Positions 10,501-19,928 of a stretch of DNA of 64,000 nt are shown one piece after another. The position numbers and the translations under genes are program-made. Numbering within the stretch: position 1 is the stretch's first letter; each line of letters opens with the position of its first letter. The stretch covers positions 3,328,001-3,392,000 of the forward strand of contig OZ242029.1 of NCBI GenBank assembly GCA_965205015.1, written 5' to 3'. The DNA comes from Candidatus Poribacteria bacterium. GTDB taxonomy: Bacteria > Poribacteria > WGA-4E > WGA-3G. Below the pieces are notes generated by a model that was given only the letters and a program-made list of their open reading frames with translations, was not told the DNA's origin and made no database searches.

Positions 10501-13297
10501 GTGTGTCAATCTGGTTCGCCATCTCCGCCGATATGATAGTACCGGACGGAACAAGCGTATCTCCGTTCTCTGGGTGGAGAATGTCTTCAGCGGCGGTGCG
10601 TCCGTTAATTTTGAAAGCAAGGTCGCCTCCCTCTGTCGCAAACTTTTGAATGCTATTGAGAGTGCCGCAGTCTTCAGCAGTGACACGAACATCTTGTGCC
10701 ACATCTACCAGTTTTCGAGTCAGGTAACCGGATGCGGCGGTTTTCATCGCCGTATCCACCAAACCTTTACGGGATCCGTAGGTAGAGTTAAAGTAGTCAA
10801 GGACCTCCAGACCGTCACGATACGAGGTGGTGATCGGCGGAATGAGAATTTCACCGCTCTGCTTCGCTTTCAATCCGATAACGGCACTGATTTGCATAAA
10901 TGGATTCTTCCGTGCGCGTGCGCCACTATCTGCCATGATATGTACCGGACTGAAGCCCTCTACTGTTTTGTTGCGCACCTCTGACCCATCGGGATCGATG
11001 TATGGGTGAATCTTTCGAGGATCGGCGCGCTCAACAAGAGATGTCTCTAAACGGGGCAAATCATCGAACATCTCATCCTCAACCTCTTTGAGCGCAGCCA
11101 ACCAGATGCGAATCTGCTCGTTTTCATGTTCTTCGCGCTCGGTCGCTGTGACGTTGCTAAGGAGTTCGTCAATATCTGCCTTTGCTTTGTTCACCAAGGC
11201 ATCACGATTGTCAGGGGTGATGTAATCCCGGATGCCGGGCGAAATACCGCTCAGCGTTGCATACTCGAATGCGAGTTTCTGGACTTTCTCAAGCACTTCA
11301 GTCGTGACACGTGTGCCGAGTTCGTTAAAACACCGATGGATCAGATCAGATAATTCCCTGCCGTCAGCTTCGGCATTGAAGAATGGAAGTTGCTGCTCGG
11401 AGTTTTCATCCTCCCACTCTAAACCCGATGGCAGTACCTCGTTAAAGATAACTCTGCCCACTGTTGTTAGAATGGGTTCAGGGGTTTTCTGGCCATCCCC
11501 GTTGGATGGGAAGAAGAGTTGGATGCTGTCGTGCAGCTTAAGTCGACCCGCTGCATGAGCGGTGAGGACCTCTTCTGGGTGGGTGTAGCGACGATGAGAC
11601 CACGACTTTTCACTGAGCTTCTTAAAAGTATCAGGATCCCTTGTTGTGTAGGCATCATGGAGAAGTACTGCATCCGCTGCGTGCCCTGGCAACACCTTTG
11701 TCAGGAAACTGGGTCCGAGTACCATGTCAAGCTCCGGAACAGCAACAGGATCACCGTGTGAGGGCTTGAGAATGTTATGACTGCTGAGCATGAGGAGTTT
11801 CGCTTCAGCTTGTGCTTCCACAGTAAGTGGGACGTGAACTGCCATCTGGTCCCCGTCAAAATCGGCGTTAAACGCTTTACAGACGAGTGGCGGAATTCTG
11901 ATGGACTTGCCCTCTACTAAGACAGGCAAAAATGCCTGAATGCCGAGTCTGTGCAAAGTTGGTGGACGGTTGAGTAAAACTGGATGATCCGCAATGACTT
12001 CCTCTACGACTTCCCAGACAGGAGAATCCGAATCAACGTGTTCAGCAATATGCTTCGCCCGCTTAATAGTCTGTGTATGGCCATACGCTTGAAGTCGCTC
12101 AATGATGAACGGCTTAAACAACTCCACAGCCATTCGTTTGGGGATCCCACACTGATGCAGCCCCAATTCGGGCCCAACGACGATGACGCTACGTCCAGAG
12201 TAGTCAACCCGCTTACCGAGCAGATTCTGACGGAACCTTCCGATTTTACCTTTGAGAACATCGGCAAGAGATTTCAGCGGACGGTTACCCGGACCGGTAA
12301 CACGCCTACCGTGCCGTCCGTTGTCGAAGAATGCGTCGACTGCCTCCTGTAACATCCGTTTCTCGTTACGGAGGATGACTTCTGGAGAGCGGAGTTGTAT
12401 CAATTTACGCAATCGGTTGTTCCGATTAATAACACGGCGATACAAATCGTTCAGGTCGCTGGTAGCAAAGCGTCCACCTTCAAGAGGGACGAGAGGGCGC
12501 AAATCTGGCGGGATGACAGGAATAACATCCAGAATCATCCACTCGGGCCGCTGTCCGATTTCTGCAAAGTCAGCCATCTGTTTCAGCTGCTTGGCAATCT
12601 TCAACTTTTTCTGCTGGCTCGTTGTTTGCTCTAATTCTTCGGTTAATTTCTCTCTTTCCGTTTCGAGGTCGATATTACTCAGAATCTCGCGAACGACTTC
12701 AGCGCCGGTGCCAGCCCGAAATCCGCCCCAGTACTTATTACTGTTTTCTATGTACTCGATCTCGTTTAATACCTGTCCACGTTCAAGCGGACACTCTGGA
12801 TCCGTCACTTCAACGACAATGAACCCCTCAAAATAGAGCACACGCTCAACATCACGTGAAGAGAGTTCACAAAAAGTGCCGATGCGAGAAGGAATTCCTT
12901 TGAAGTACCATATATGCGATACAGGGGCGGCAAGTTGGATATATCCGAGCCGATCTCTGCGAACCCGCTGTTGTGTGATTTCAACACCACAGCGGTCACA
13001 TATCATCCCTTTATGTTTAATCCGTTTATACTTGCCACAGTTACACTCCCAGTCCTTTTGGGGTCCGAAGATAGCCTCACAAAAGAGGCCCTCCGGTTCA
13101 GGACGGAAGGAACGGTAGTTAATAGTCTCCGCCTTCTTAACCTCGCCGCAACTACAGGTCCCTTTCTCGGGGCAGATAAAAGGTTCATCCGCTGCCTGGG
13201 CGGGATTCCGACGTTTGCAACTGGTTTTCTTCGACTCATCTTTTATCTGATCAGGCGAGGCTATTTTTATGGAGATGCTGTCAAATGCCGTGTTCAT
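7598..13297 (-). CDS. rpoC: DNA-directed RNA polymerase beta' subunit with a ~640-aa trigger-loop insertion
   Basis: NADFDGD catalytic motif, Zn ribbon CNC...CDRC, GKRVDYSGRSVI, TQLTMRTFH and GLKENVILG; 1899 aa. Confidence 0.98.
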   Translation of the reverse strand: MNTAFDSISIKIASPDQIKDESKKTSCKRRNPAQAADEPFICPEKGTCSCGEVKKAETINYRSFRPEPEGLFCEAIFGPQKDWECNCGKYKRIKHKGMICDRCGVEITQQRVRRDRLGYIQLAAPVSHIWYFKGIPSRIGTFCELSSRDVERVLYFEGFIVVEVTDPECPLERGQVLNEIEYIENSNKYWGGFRAGTGAEVVREILSNIDLETEREKLTEELEQTTSQQKKLKIAKQLKQMADFAEIGQRPEWMILDVIPVIPPDLRPLVPLEGGRFATSDLNDLYRRVINRNNRLRKLIQLRSPEVILRNEKRMLQEAVDAFFDNGRHGRRVTGPGNRPLKSLADVLKGKIGRFRQNLLGKRVDYSGRSVIVVGPELGLHQCGIPKRMAVELFKPFIIERLQAYGHTQTIKRAKHIAEHVDSDSPVWEVVEEVIADHPVLLNRPPTLHRLGIQAFLPVLVEGKSIRIPPLVCKAFNADFDGDQMAVHVPLTVEAQAEAKLLMLSSHNILKPSHGDPVAVPELDMVLGPSFLTKVLPGHAADAVLLHDAYTTRDPDTFKKLSEKSWSHRRYTHPEEVLTAHAAGRLKLHDSIQLFFPSNGDGQKTPEPILTTVGRVIFNEVLPSGLEWEDENSEQQLPFFNAEADGRELSDLIHRCFNELGTRVTTEVLEKVQKLAFEYATLSGISPGIRDYITPDNRDALVNKAKADIDELLSNVTATEREEHENEQIRIWLAALKEVEDEMFDDLPRLETSLVERADPRKIHPYIDPDGSEVRNKTVEGFSPVHIMADSGARARKNPFMQISAVIGLKAKQSGEILIPPITTSYRDGLEVLDYFNSTYGSRKGLVDTAMKTAASGYLTRKLVDVAQDVRVTAEDCGTLNSIQKFATEGGDLAFKINGRTAAEDILHPENGDTLVPSGTIISAEMANQIDTLGIRVVKVRSVLTCQTDDGICAKCYGNDLTTNDLVNVGEAVGIIAAQSIGEPGTQLTMRTFHTGGAVEDVSEARQRRILSKASGTVYFRDFQPGRTVEEEGELWVATENRGNLDGLAYKVQKINHPHCQLREDELLSEKQYMENTERYKGFDTKTWLYQVTEVLDSDCDLKVGDRLSQAEYVKAQMEYGFQRFVTPKYRVTRVQHPKLPLRVDTQLTEAEIEQLRAEVRQGVSGEWHYLDAETGERIAIENLTAAAGTASSDRTNGSADGPDTANPSGRDASFNRVYCITEIDKGTSKDFGFKVGDEVAPEAIAPLLNPFEIEAKPVYVVHTDVADFAVDQTLTAREYEDARTEYQHLERAFKVEKQDVEQHYVTVVYHPECPLTEGEELSETALPRLHKRFPGFDAPPLRHRVTQALHPDCDLKPGDLLTENEKKQSDERYPGFTTSESKSTAGGFAAERMYRITSVNHPDCPLQVDGLLTQKESSANRRNYKGFEVTRQYEVTNIEDGTTALSVGQRLTEIEYKALRKTDASLPEKVKGLYKVVSVHHSELNLEVGTELSEEEYKTYNRKFKGFDTELVYRITEDSRDVDEPLEVGTILSSKKFRALEKANQKVTHTITEVHHPNFKYALGDELSEEAYDQAVKRYPGFEVDELSLRMRIEVETSDGNRVPHVIPTGYSFSLTEGDSIQKGETLAELHERTANLDIVVGIPRVTELFEARRPKRDEAAEIAEIEGYVQSAGTKSGIPAYRIEHEGYQSRLYQIPDEKRRVAEDDWVNAGEPLTDGYLNPHDILSIGRTTIEGVSVEGEEAVWSYLVDEVQKVYGKGIINDKHVEAIVRQMLTKILITEPGDTNFYPNDEVQRKQFERVNSEIEETGGTPATGEPILQSISKAALSTDSFISAASFQQTTKVLTDAAVSGQTDRLFGLKENVILGRLIPAGSGFSSFQNLEVSATEPEIGEAGDDD

Positions 13298-13311
13298 CAG
13301 TTCTCCTTGTA

Positions 13312-13416
13312 GTGGTTATCAGTTATCAGTTATCAGTTATCAGTTAAAGAAGCGTGTTGTCTACCGAACACCTTTTTCTGACTGACGACTGAAAACTGAA
13401 AACCGACGACTGAAAA
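13312..13416. repeat. Heptamer-armed palindromic intergenic element, family A, between rpoB and rpoC
   Basis: (GTTATCA)4 GTTAAAGAAG...CTGACGA/CTGAAAA repeats. Confidence 0.75.
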
Positions 13417-16400
13417 CTATTCTTCATCCTTATCGAGGGATACATGAAGTCCAAGGGTTTGGAGTTCGCGGACCAAGACTTTGAACGATTCCGGTGTACC
13501 GGGCGGGTCAGGGTTTAACCCTTTCACAACCGACTCGTAAATCTCTCTCCTGCCGAGAACATCATCTGATTTGAGCGTGAGCATTTCTTGGAGTGTATGG
13601 GCTGCACCATAAGCCTCCAATGCCCAGACCTCCATCTCACCGAGTCGTTGGCCCCCGTGTTGCGCCTTGCCCCCTAACGGCTGCTGTGTAACAAGCGAAT
13701 AAGGTCCCGTTGAGCGGGCATGCATTTTATCAGCAACAAGGTGGTTCAGCTTGAGGAAATAGACGTAACCCACCGTTACTTCTTGGGCAAACGGTTCACC
13801 CGTCCTACCATCAAAGAGGATGCTCTTACCGGTTTGTTTACTGCGTTCGGGAAGCGTGGTCTTACCAAGTTCTTTAAAGATTTCTTCTTCTGTCGCGCCA
13901 TCAAATACAGGGGATTCCACTTGGATACCGAGTTCATGGCACGCCCATCCGAGGTGAATTTCCAAAATCTGACCGACATTCATTCGAGAGGGCACCCCTA
14001 ACGGGTTCAGGACCAATTCAACCGGTGTCCCATCTGGGAGATAGGGCATGTCCTCAGCGGGCAAAATTTTGGCAACGACACCTTTGTTGCCATAACGGCC
14101 CGCCATCTTATCACCGACGGAAATCGGACGCTTACTTGCGACATAAACTTTGACGCGTTTAATGACGCCTGGTTTCAGTTCGTCCCCCATCTCTAACTGT
14201 TGAAGTGCCCGTTCTTTTTCCTCAGTATAAGTGGTTATCCTGCCTTGTGCCATTTCTTCAACACGTTGAATATGCTCTCTGGCATCGACCTCGGTTACAT
14301 GAATATCTGAAAAAGTCAAGCTACATGATTTACGCGCTTGTTGGTAGTTATCATCAGAAACATATTCTCCAACAGACAATGTACACTCTGGGTCGAAAAC
14401 AGCCGTAATGTGCCAGACCTTGTCGGATTTCAAATCCTTGGTTGTCTGATTGAGTGATGCCAGTTCGTCCGGCGTCAATCGCTGTCCGGCTGTTATAGGA
14501 CGCGCAGGGAAATCTCTGGATACTCGCAAAAAATCGGTGTCGGAAAGTTCTTGACCTTCGGTCAAAGGGCACTCGGGATCGAAAACTTCCTTAATTTGCC
14601 AAAACAGATCGGCTTGTAAACCGGGGTATGCCTGACTGGCGTGTGTCCATTCTTCTTCGTTCAGTCTCTGGGTCTCAACGACAGGGCATCCAGTTGCTTC
14701 AATCTGTTCGTTAACCCCAGTCTCAAATTCGGAACGCCCACACGGTTGCAACACATCTACGAGTTCATAGAAATCATAGTTATCGGGTTCTGACTCACCC
14801 TCGGTTACCAATACACCAAATCGTGCGCCTGCTGCAGTAAGCATTTCCGTTAGGTGCTCGGAATTAGACCCGTTTTCCGTGTCCTCACCGGCACAAACAG
14901 CAATGGCAATCACACTGTTATCGTAACCCTGAAGTACAACATCGGCCTCTTCTGTAGGAAAGGTTTGTTCCCCTGATTCCTTAGGTTCCGTTTCTTGGAA
15001 GAATGGTGCTGTACTCCCCAAGGTCGGTTTGCACACTTCGCTAAAGTAGTCTTGCACGGTTGAAGCATTCGCGGTATGGACCACAATAGTCGGAATAGGT
15101 TCAGGTACATCCGTTACCCGATAACCTGCTTCAGCGGTAAAGGCTTCGGCGTTTGTATCTTCGGTTACCAGATGGTACGCATCTGCAGTGAAACCGGAAA
15201 GATAAACGTCCAGAACCTCAGCCGTCAGAATATCGCCAGCGTTAGCGAAGGGTTCAGTCTCACCTTTAGTACCCGTAACCGTGTAAAGCGGATCAGCGAG
15301 TTGGCATCCGATGAGCGTTTTGCGAATTTCTTCGATTTTTCGGCGACGGATAGAAGCGATCTGCTCACGCGAAGTCTCTTCAATCTCCTTGCGTTTCGAT
15401 TCATATCGCAAATTGTCAGCCATTGATAACCCTGAGTCGCCTTGTGTCCAACCTCCGCGACGGGAGGTCGTATCCGGCTTACGGGAGAATACTTTTACGT
15501 CAATGACGACCCCTTCAACGCCGGGACGTACATAAGTGGAGGCATCCCTGACTTCTTTGACTTTTTCACCAAAGATTGCCCGTAGGAGTTTCTCTTCTGG
15601 ACCATATTCGCTTTCACCTTTCGGTGTAATCTTTCCGACGAGGATGCTGCCTGCCCCTACAACGCTCCCAACGCGGATAATGCCCTCTTCGTCGAGTTGT
15701 GTGAGACGCTGCTCGCTAACGTTCGGGATATCACGGGTTATTTCCTCTGGACCTACTTTCGTTTCACGTGCTTCCACTTCAAATTCTTCAATGTGGATAG
15801 AGGTAAAGGTGTCCTCTTTAATGAGCGTTTCACTTATCAGGATAGAGTCTTCATAATTGTGGCCGCCCCACGGCATATAAGCACATAACACATTCCGTCC
15901 GAGAGCGAGTTCACCATCTTCTGTAGAGGTGCCATCCACAATAACCTGTCCGGCTTCAACTGTATCGCCTACCGCAACGATAGGACGCTGATGGATACAG
16001 GTGCCGCTATTACTGCGTTTGAAAGTCTGGAGTTTGTAAACATCGTAGCCCATTTCGCTGAACGTATTCTCACCTTTGTCGTGGTGAAGTGTTTCACCGG
16101 TATAGATGAGAATCTCATCGGCAGAAACACTCGTGACGGTGCCGGCTCGCTGAGCGGTAATGAGCGCACCCGAATACAGTGCCGCGTGTGCTTCCATGCC
16201 TGTTCCGACGAGCGGGGCTTCTGGACGAATAAGCGGTACAGCCTGACGTTGGTGATTCGCACCCATCAAAGCACGGTTTGCGTCCTCGTGTTCCAGGAAT
16301 GGAACGAGTGCTGCAGAAATTCCGACGATTTGCTGCGGGGAAACACCGATATAGTTTACTTTCTCCATCGGGAGTGACAGCACATCCTCGCCACTGCGTA

Positions 16401-18711
16401 CCGGTAGCGCCTGCTCAGATGCATCACCATTTCCGGTTTGTTCAGCATCCGGTGGGAGAGGCTTCGCGGCGATATACGCAGTATCCTCGCTATCTGCTGT
16501 GAGATATTCCACCGGGCCCAGCACTGGTCCCTCCTCACCCGCCTCAACCGTATGATAAGGCGTTTCTATAAAGCCGTAAGGGTTTATCCGTCCGTAACAC
16601 GCCAAAGAAACGATAAGCCCGATGGACGGTCCCTCAGGTGTCTCCAAGGGGCAGACACGTCCATAGTGCGTTGGATGTACGTCCCGAACAGCTGCCGTTG
16701 CCCTATCTCGGTGAAGTCCCCCTGGACCAATCGCTGAGATACGGCGTTTATGCGTCAGTTCATCCAACGGATTAATCTGTTGCATAAACTGGGACAGTTG
16801 GTTCGATCCAAAGAATTCTCGGAGTGCCATCATCAACGGTTTCGGATTTATGAGTGAAGACGGGACGACCTTTGCAATATCGTTGTTGGTACTCAAGCGT
16901 TCGCGCGTGGTTCTGCGAATCTGGAATAAACCCATTCGGAACTGGTTTTCGAGGAGTTCACCGATAACACGCACGCGACGATTACCGAGGTGGTCCAGAT
17001 CGTCTTTCGGTTTATGTCCATTATGGACATCAAGCAGGTAAGCTATAGTCGCAGCAATATCTTCGCGACGTTGCGTTCGGAGCGTTTCTTCGGGGAAATT
17101 TCCATAAGTCGGCACATAATCAATTTTCTGATCCGGTTTCCAGCCAGGCACATCATCCGGGCACAACCCGAAATATTGACAGGTTTCGTTGAATTTTCGA
17201 TTAAGTTTGTATCGTCCAACGACCCCTAAATCGTATCGGTGCGCGTCAAAGAGCAACCATGAAAGATGTTTACGAGCGTTCTCTGTACTCGCGGGATCTC
17301 CGGGTCTCAGCGTGCGGAAAATCTCAACGAGTGCGGCATCTTGTAACGCGCCCTTTTGATCGGAGGGGACTTCATAGTCGGCTTGTCGGTCGCGCTCCAA
17401 CGTATTACGCAAGGATTGGATATGCTGGCAATCTTCCGCATCTAGGACTGTAAGTGACTCAACGCCAGCCTCACTGAGACGTTCCAATTCCGTTTCGGTG
17501 AGCAGCGTATTCGCTGTGAGGAGCACTTCGTCAGCTTTTGGATTGGTAACGTCTTCAGCTTCTGGATCGATAACGTCTTCAGCGCAGACCCTATCAACCC
17601 ATTCCTGATTGTCTGGAGACGAAAGCTGTTCAGCTGTGAACGCTTTACGTCCGTAGCGGGCACGCGCCTCTTCGTATTCTGAATTCGTTAGGACTTGTCC
17701 CGGAATGAGTTCGCATCCACTATTGTGGGTATCAATCACACGCCGAAAAAGTTCAGTTTCGAAACCCTTCCATTTTCTACGCAGATTCGTACGCTTCTTA
17801 TATGTGAGTTCTTCTCCAATCTCCAGTGGGCAGTCCGCATCGGTTACCTCTGTAACCCGGTAACACCTCTCTACCTCAAGGTCAGGGTAGTCTTTATTGG
17901 CTTGTCGAAAGTCCGCGGCATCCAGCACATCACCGGGTTTGACTTGCTTTGCGGGTCCTTCTACATGGGTAACCTGCCATCCGGCAAGCACGAGACGTTC
18001 CGTCTTGGCGTAAAGTTTCAGGATATCGGCGTCCGACTCCCAACCCAATGCGCGGAGCAGTACGGTAGCAGGCAGTTTTCTGCGTTTGTCAATGCGTACA
18101 TAAATCTGATCTTTAGTGTCTATCTCAAATTCGACCCATGCCCCTCGATACGGAATAATTTGGGCAGTCGGGGTCCGCCGTCCAGTCGGTAATGCCTTTT
18201 CAAGAAAAATAACACCGGGTGAACGCTGTAGTTGACTTACAATGACACGTTCGCTACCATTGACAATGAAGCTGCCATTTTCGGTCATTAAAGGGACTTC
18301 GCCGAGGTATACATCGGATTCTCGGATATCCACAACGTGAGGTTCATCTGCGTCCGAGTCTGCCTGCCGCTGGACAAGCATAATACGGGCAGTAAGAGAT
18401 ACCTGATACGTTACACCGCGCGCGACACACTCTTGGAGCGTATATTTCGGTTCACCAAGGCTATAATTGACAAATTCGAGACTATTAACTTCCGAAAAAT
18501 CGCGAATACCGCTCTTTTCTCCTGTCTGAAATACTTCCTTAAACACCGCTTGGAGGCCAGCATCCGAACGTTCATTAAGTGGGACCTTTCGTTGTAAGAA
18601 GGCATCATAGGCGAGTTTCTGGGTCTCTATGAGGTTCGGGAGCGGGGTTTGAACCTGCGTTTTGGCAAAAGTTTTTCTCTTCTTATTTTTCGGGCTGAGT
18701 TTTTTGTTCAC
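13417..18711 (-). CDS. rpoB: DNA-directed RNA polymerase beta subunit with large insertions
   Basis: [41 protein letters not shown] and [12 protein letters not shown]. Probable GTG start at 18711 (SD GGGAGA), which lies downstream of the promoter. Confidence 0.98.
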   Translation of the reverse strand: MNKKLSPKNKKRKTFAKTQVQTPLPNLIETQKLAYDAFLQRKVPLNERSDAGLQAVFKEVFQTGEKSGIRDFSEVNSLEFVNYSLGEPKYTLQECVARGVTYQVSLTARIMLVQRQADSDADEPHVVDIRESDVYLGEVPLMTENGSFIVNGSERVIVSQLQRSPGVIFLEKALPTGRRTPTAQIIPYRGAWVEFEIDTKDQIYVRIDKRRKLPATVLLRALGWESDADILKLYAKTERLVLAGWQVTHVEGPAKQVKPGDVLDAADFRQANKDYPDLEVERCYRVTEVTDADCPLEIGEELTYKKRTNLRRKWKGFETELFRRVIDTHNSGCELIPGQVLTNSEYEEARARYGRKAFTAEQLSSPDNQEWVDRVCAEDVIDPEAEDVTNPKADEVLLTANTLLTETELERLSEAGVESLTVLDAEDCQHIQSLRNTLERDRQADYEVPSDQKGALQDAALVEIFRTLRPGDPASTENARKHLSWLLFDAHRYDLGVVGRYKLNRKFNETCQYFGLCPDDVPGWKPDQKIDYVPTYGNFPEETLRTQRREDIAATIAYLLDVHNGHKPKDDLDHLGNRRVRVIGELLENQFRMGLFQIRRTTRERLSTNNDIAKVVPSSLINPKPLMMALREFFGSNQLSQFMQQINPLDELTHKRRISAIGPGGLHRDRATAAVRDVHPTHYGRVCPLETPEGPSIGLIVSLACYGRINPYGFIETPYHTVEAGEEGPVLGPVEYLTADSEDTAYIAAKPLPPDAEQTGNGDASEQALPVRSGEDVLSLPMEKVNYIGVSPQQIVGISAALVPFLEHEDANRALMGANHQRQAVPLIRPEAPLVGTGMEAHAALYSGALITAQRAGTVTSVSADEILIYTGETLHHDKGENTFSEMGYDVYKLQTFKRSNSGTCIHQRPIVAVGDTVEAGQVIVDGTSTEDGELALGRNVLCAYMPWGGHNYEDSILISETLIKEDTFTSIHIEEFEVEARETKVGPEEITRDIPNVSEQRLTQLDEEGIIRVGSVVGAGSILVGKITPKGESEYGPEEKLLRAIFGEKVKEVRDASTYVRPGVEGVVIDVKVFSRKPDTTSRRGGWTQGDSGLSMADNLRYESKRKEIEETSREQIASIRRRKIEEIRKTLIGCQLADPLYTVTGTKGETEPFANAGDILTAEVLDVYLSGFTADAYHLVTEDTNAEAFTAEAGYRVTDVPEPIPTIVVHTANASTVQDYFSEVCKPTLGSTAPFFQETEPKESGEQTFPTEEADVVLQGYDNSVIAIAVCAGEDTENGSNSEHLTEMLTAAGARFGVLVTEGESEPDNYDFYELVDVLQPCGRSEFETGVNEQIEATGCPVVETQRLNEEEWTHASQAYPGLQADLFWQIKEVFDPECPLTEGQELSDTDFLRVSRDFPARPITAGQRLTPDELASLNQTTKDLKSDKVWHITAVFDPECTLSVGEYVSDDNYQQARKSCSLTFSDIHVTEVDAREHIQRVEEMAQGRITTYTEEKERALQQLEMGDELKPGVIKRVKVYVASKRPISVGDKMAGRYGNKGVVAKILPAEDMPYLPDGTPVELVLNPLGVPSRMNVGQILEIHLGWACHELGIQVESPVFDGATEEEIFKELGKTTLPERSKQTGKSILFDGRTGEPFAQEVTVGYVYFLKLNHLVADKMHARSTGPYSLVTQQPLGGKAQHGGQRLGEMEVWALEAYGAAHTLQEMLTLKSDDVLGRREIYESVVKGLNPDPPGTPESFKVLVRELQTLGLHVSLDKDEE

Positions 18712-18837
18712 TGAATGAAGTCTCCCTACTTTGCGGTGGTTACGCAGTTTACAAATAGACTTTTGAAAAAACCTGAAAAAACCTGCTTTCTTAACTACTT
18801 TTTCCAATCTTAATATGGTAATATAGCATAACAGAAT

Positions 18838-18866
18838 ATTGTACATTATTTTTCGCAAAATGTCAA
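18838..18866 (-). promoter_or_regulatory. Sigma-70-type promoter of rpoBC
   Basis: TTGACA-17 nt-TACAAT on the minus strand. Confidence 0.7.
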
Positions 18867-18962
18867 GAAAAAATAAAAAATCACATTTTTTCCCAATTTA
18901 ATGCAATAATGTGTGCTATTACCGTTAAGCGACCCCATAGATTTTCGACGCTGGAGGATAAC

Positions 18963-19514
18963 ATGGGAACAATCACGACACGACTGCCGGTTAAAGCGAT
19001 CATCGGTGTGCTCACAACGGACCCTGACCTCCTGCCAACAGTTTATACAGAACTGGTACATCGCCTTGGATCGATTGATTACACAAGTGAATTGATGCCT
19101 TTTACAAGTACAGCCTACTACGAGGCTGAGATGGGACCAAACATCCAACGACAATTTATCAGTTTTGAAAGACTTATCGATGCCGGTACGCTGGCAGAAA
19201 TGAAATTGTTCACAAATAGCGTTGAGCAAACTTTTGCTGTAAGAAAGTCCGAAACAGACGCACGGCGAGTCAATTTGGACGCGGGTTACATCTGTTTAGC
19301 AAAACTGGTGCTTGCGTCAACGAAAGATCATGCACATCGTATCTATCTCAGCGACGGTATCTACGCCGAAATCACACTCCGTTTCTATCGCAAAACGTTC
19401 CGACCCTGGGAGTGGAGTTATCCGGACTACCGATTACCAACATATATCGCTATTTTTAATCACATTCGCAGCATCTATAGAAATCAATTAATGACGTCGA
19501 CTACCTCCGACTGA
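18963..19514 (+). CDS. DUF4416 family protein
   Basis: YYEAEMG, RRVNLDAGY, VLASTKDHAHRIYL..GIYAE and WSYPDY motifs; SD GGAGG before ATG 18963. Confidence 0.8.
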   Translation: MGTITTRLPVKAIIGVLTTDPDLLPTVYTELVHRLGSIDYTSELMPFTSTAYYEAEMGPNIQRQFISFERLIDAGTLAEMKLFTNSVEQTFAVRKSETDARRVNLDAGYICLAKLVLASTKDHAHRIYLSDGIYAEITLRFYRKTFRPWEWSYPDYRLPTYIAIFNHIRSIYRNQLMTSTTSD

Positions 19515-19928
19515 AGCGTGTTGAGATACCGCGCGGAGATCGCCGTACATCTTTCGGACTTGTATCAACAGCCCCTGTTGCTCATACCAAGAAACATAAT
19601 CTCCTTCAGTTCCCTATGTCTCGATACAGGGGTGTGCAGAGTTCTGAAGTGCTTTGAGGTGTTCTGACCCGTTTAATAGTGTTTTCTCCTGTGTTTATGT
19701 AGGATACACAGGATATTTAGAATCGAAATCACGGTCTATCGTGTATCGTGCGTTTATTTCCTGTCAAGTAGGCGGCAGACACATTGCCGAGAGGCAATGC
19801 TTGACATGTCTGCCAACACGATATAATTATTATACCACAAAAACTGAACGAAAGTCAAATTAATTATTAAAAGAAAGGGCGGTTTCCTTCTCACCCTGAA
19901 GGGTGAGATTTCCAAATCGCGAATGTTG
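19496..19928 (+). mobile_element. Non-autonomous IS200/IS605-superfamily element of IscB/HEARO type (omega-RNA-like, no ORF)
   Basis: 5' end GTCGACTACCTCCGACTGAAG; internal CAGTTCCC, GTTTAATAG and ACATTGCCGAGAGG motifs; terminal hairpin TTTCCTTCTCACCC-TGAA-GGGTGAGATTTCC. Excision restores an ATGA gene overlap. Confidence 0.7.

Noticed and set aside
18712-18858. ORF-track N-terminal extension of RpoB
   Set aside because: It starts inside the sigma-70 promoter. A GTG with an SD at 18711 matches normal RpoB N-termini.
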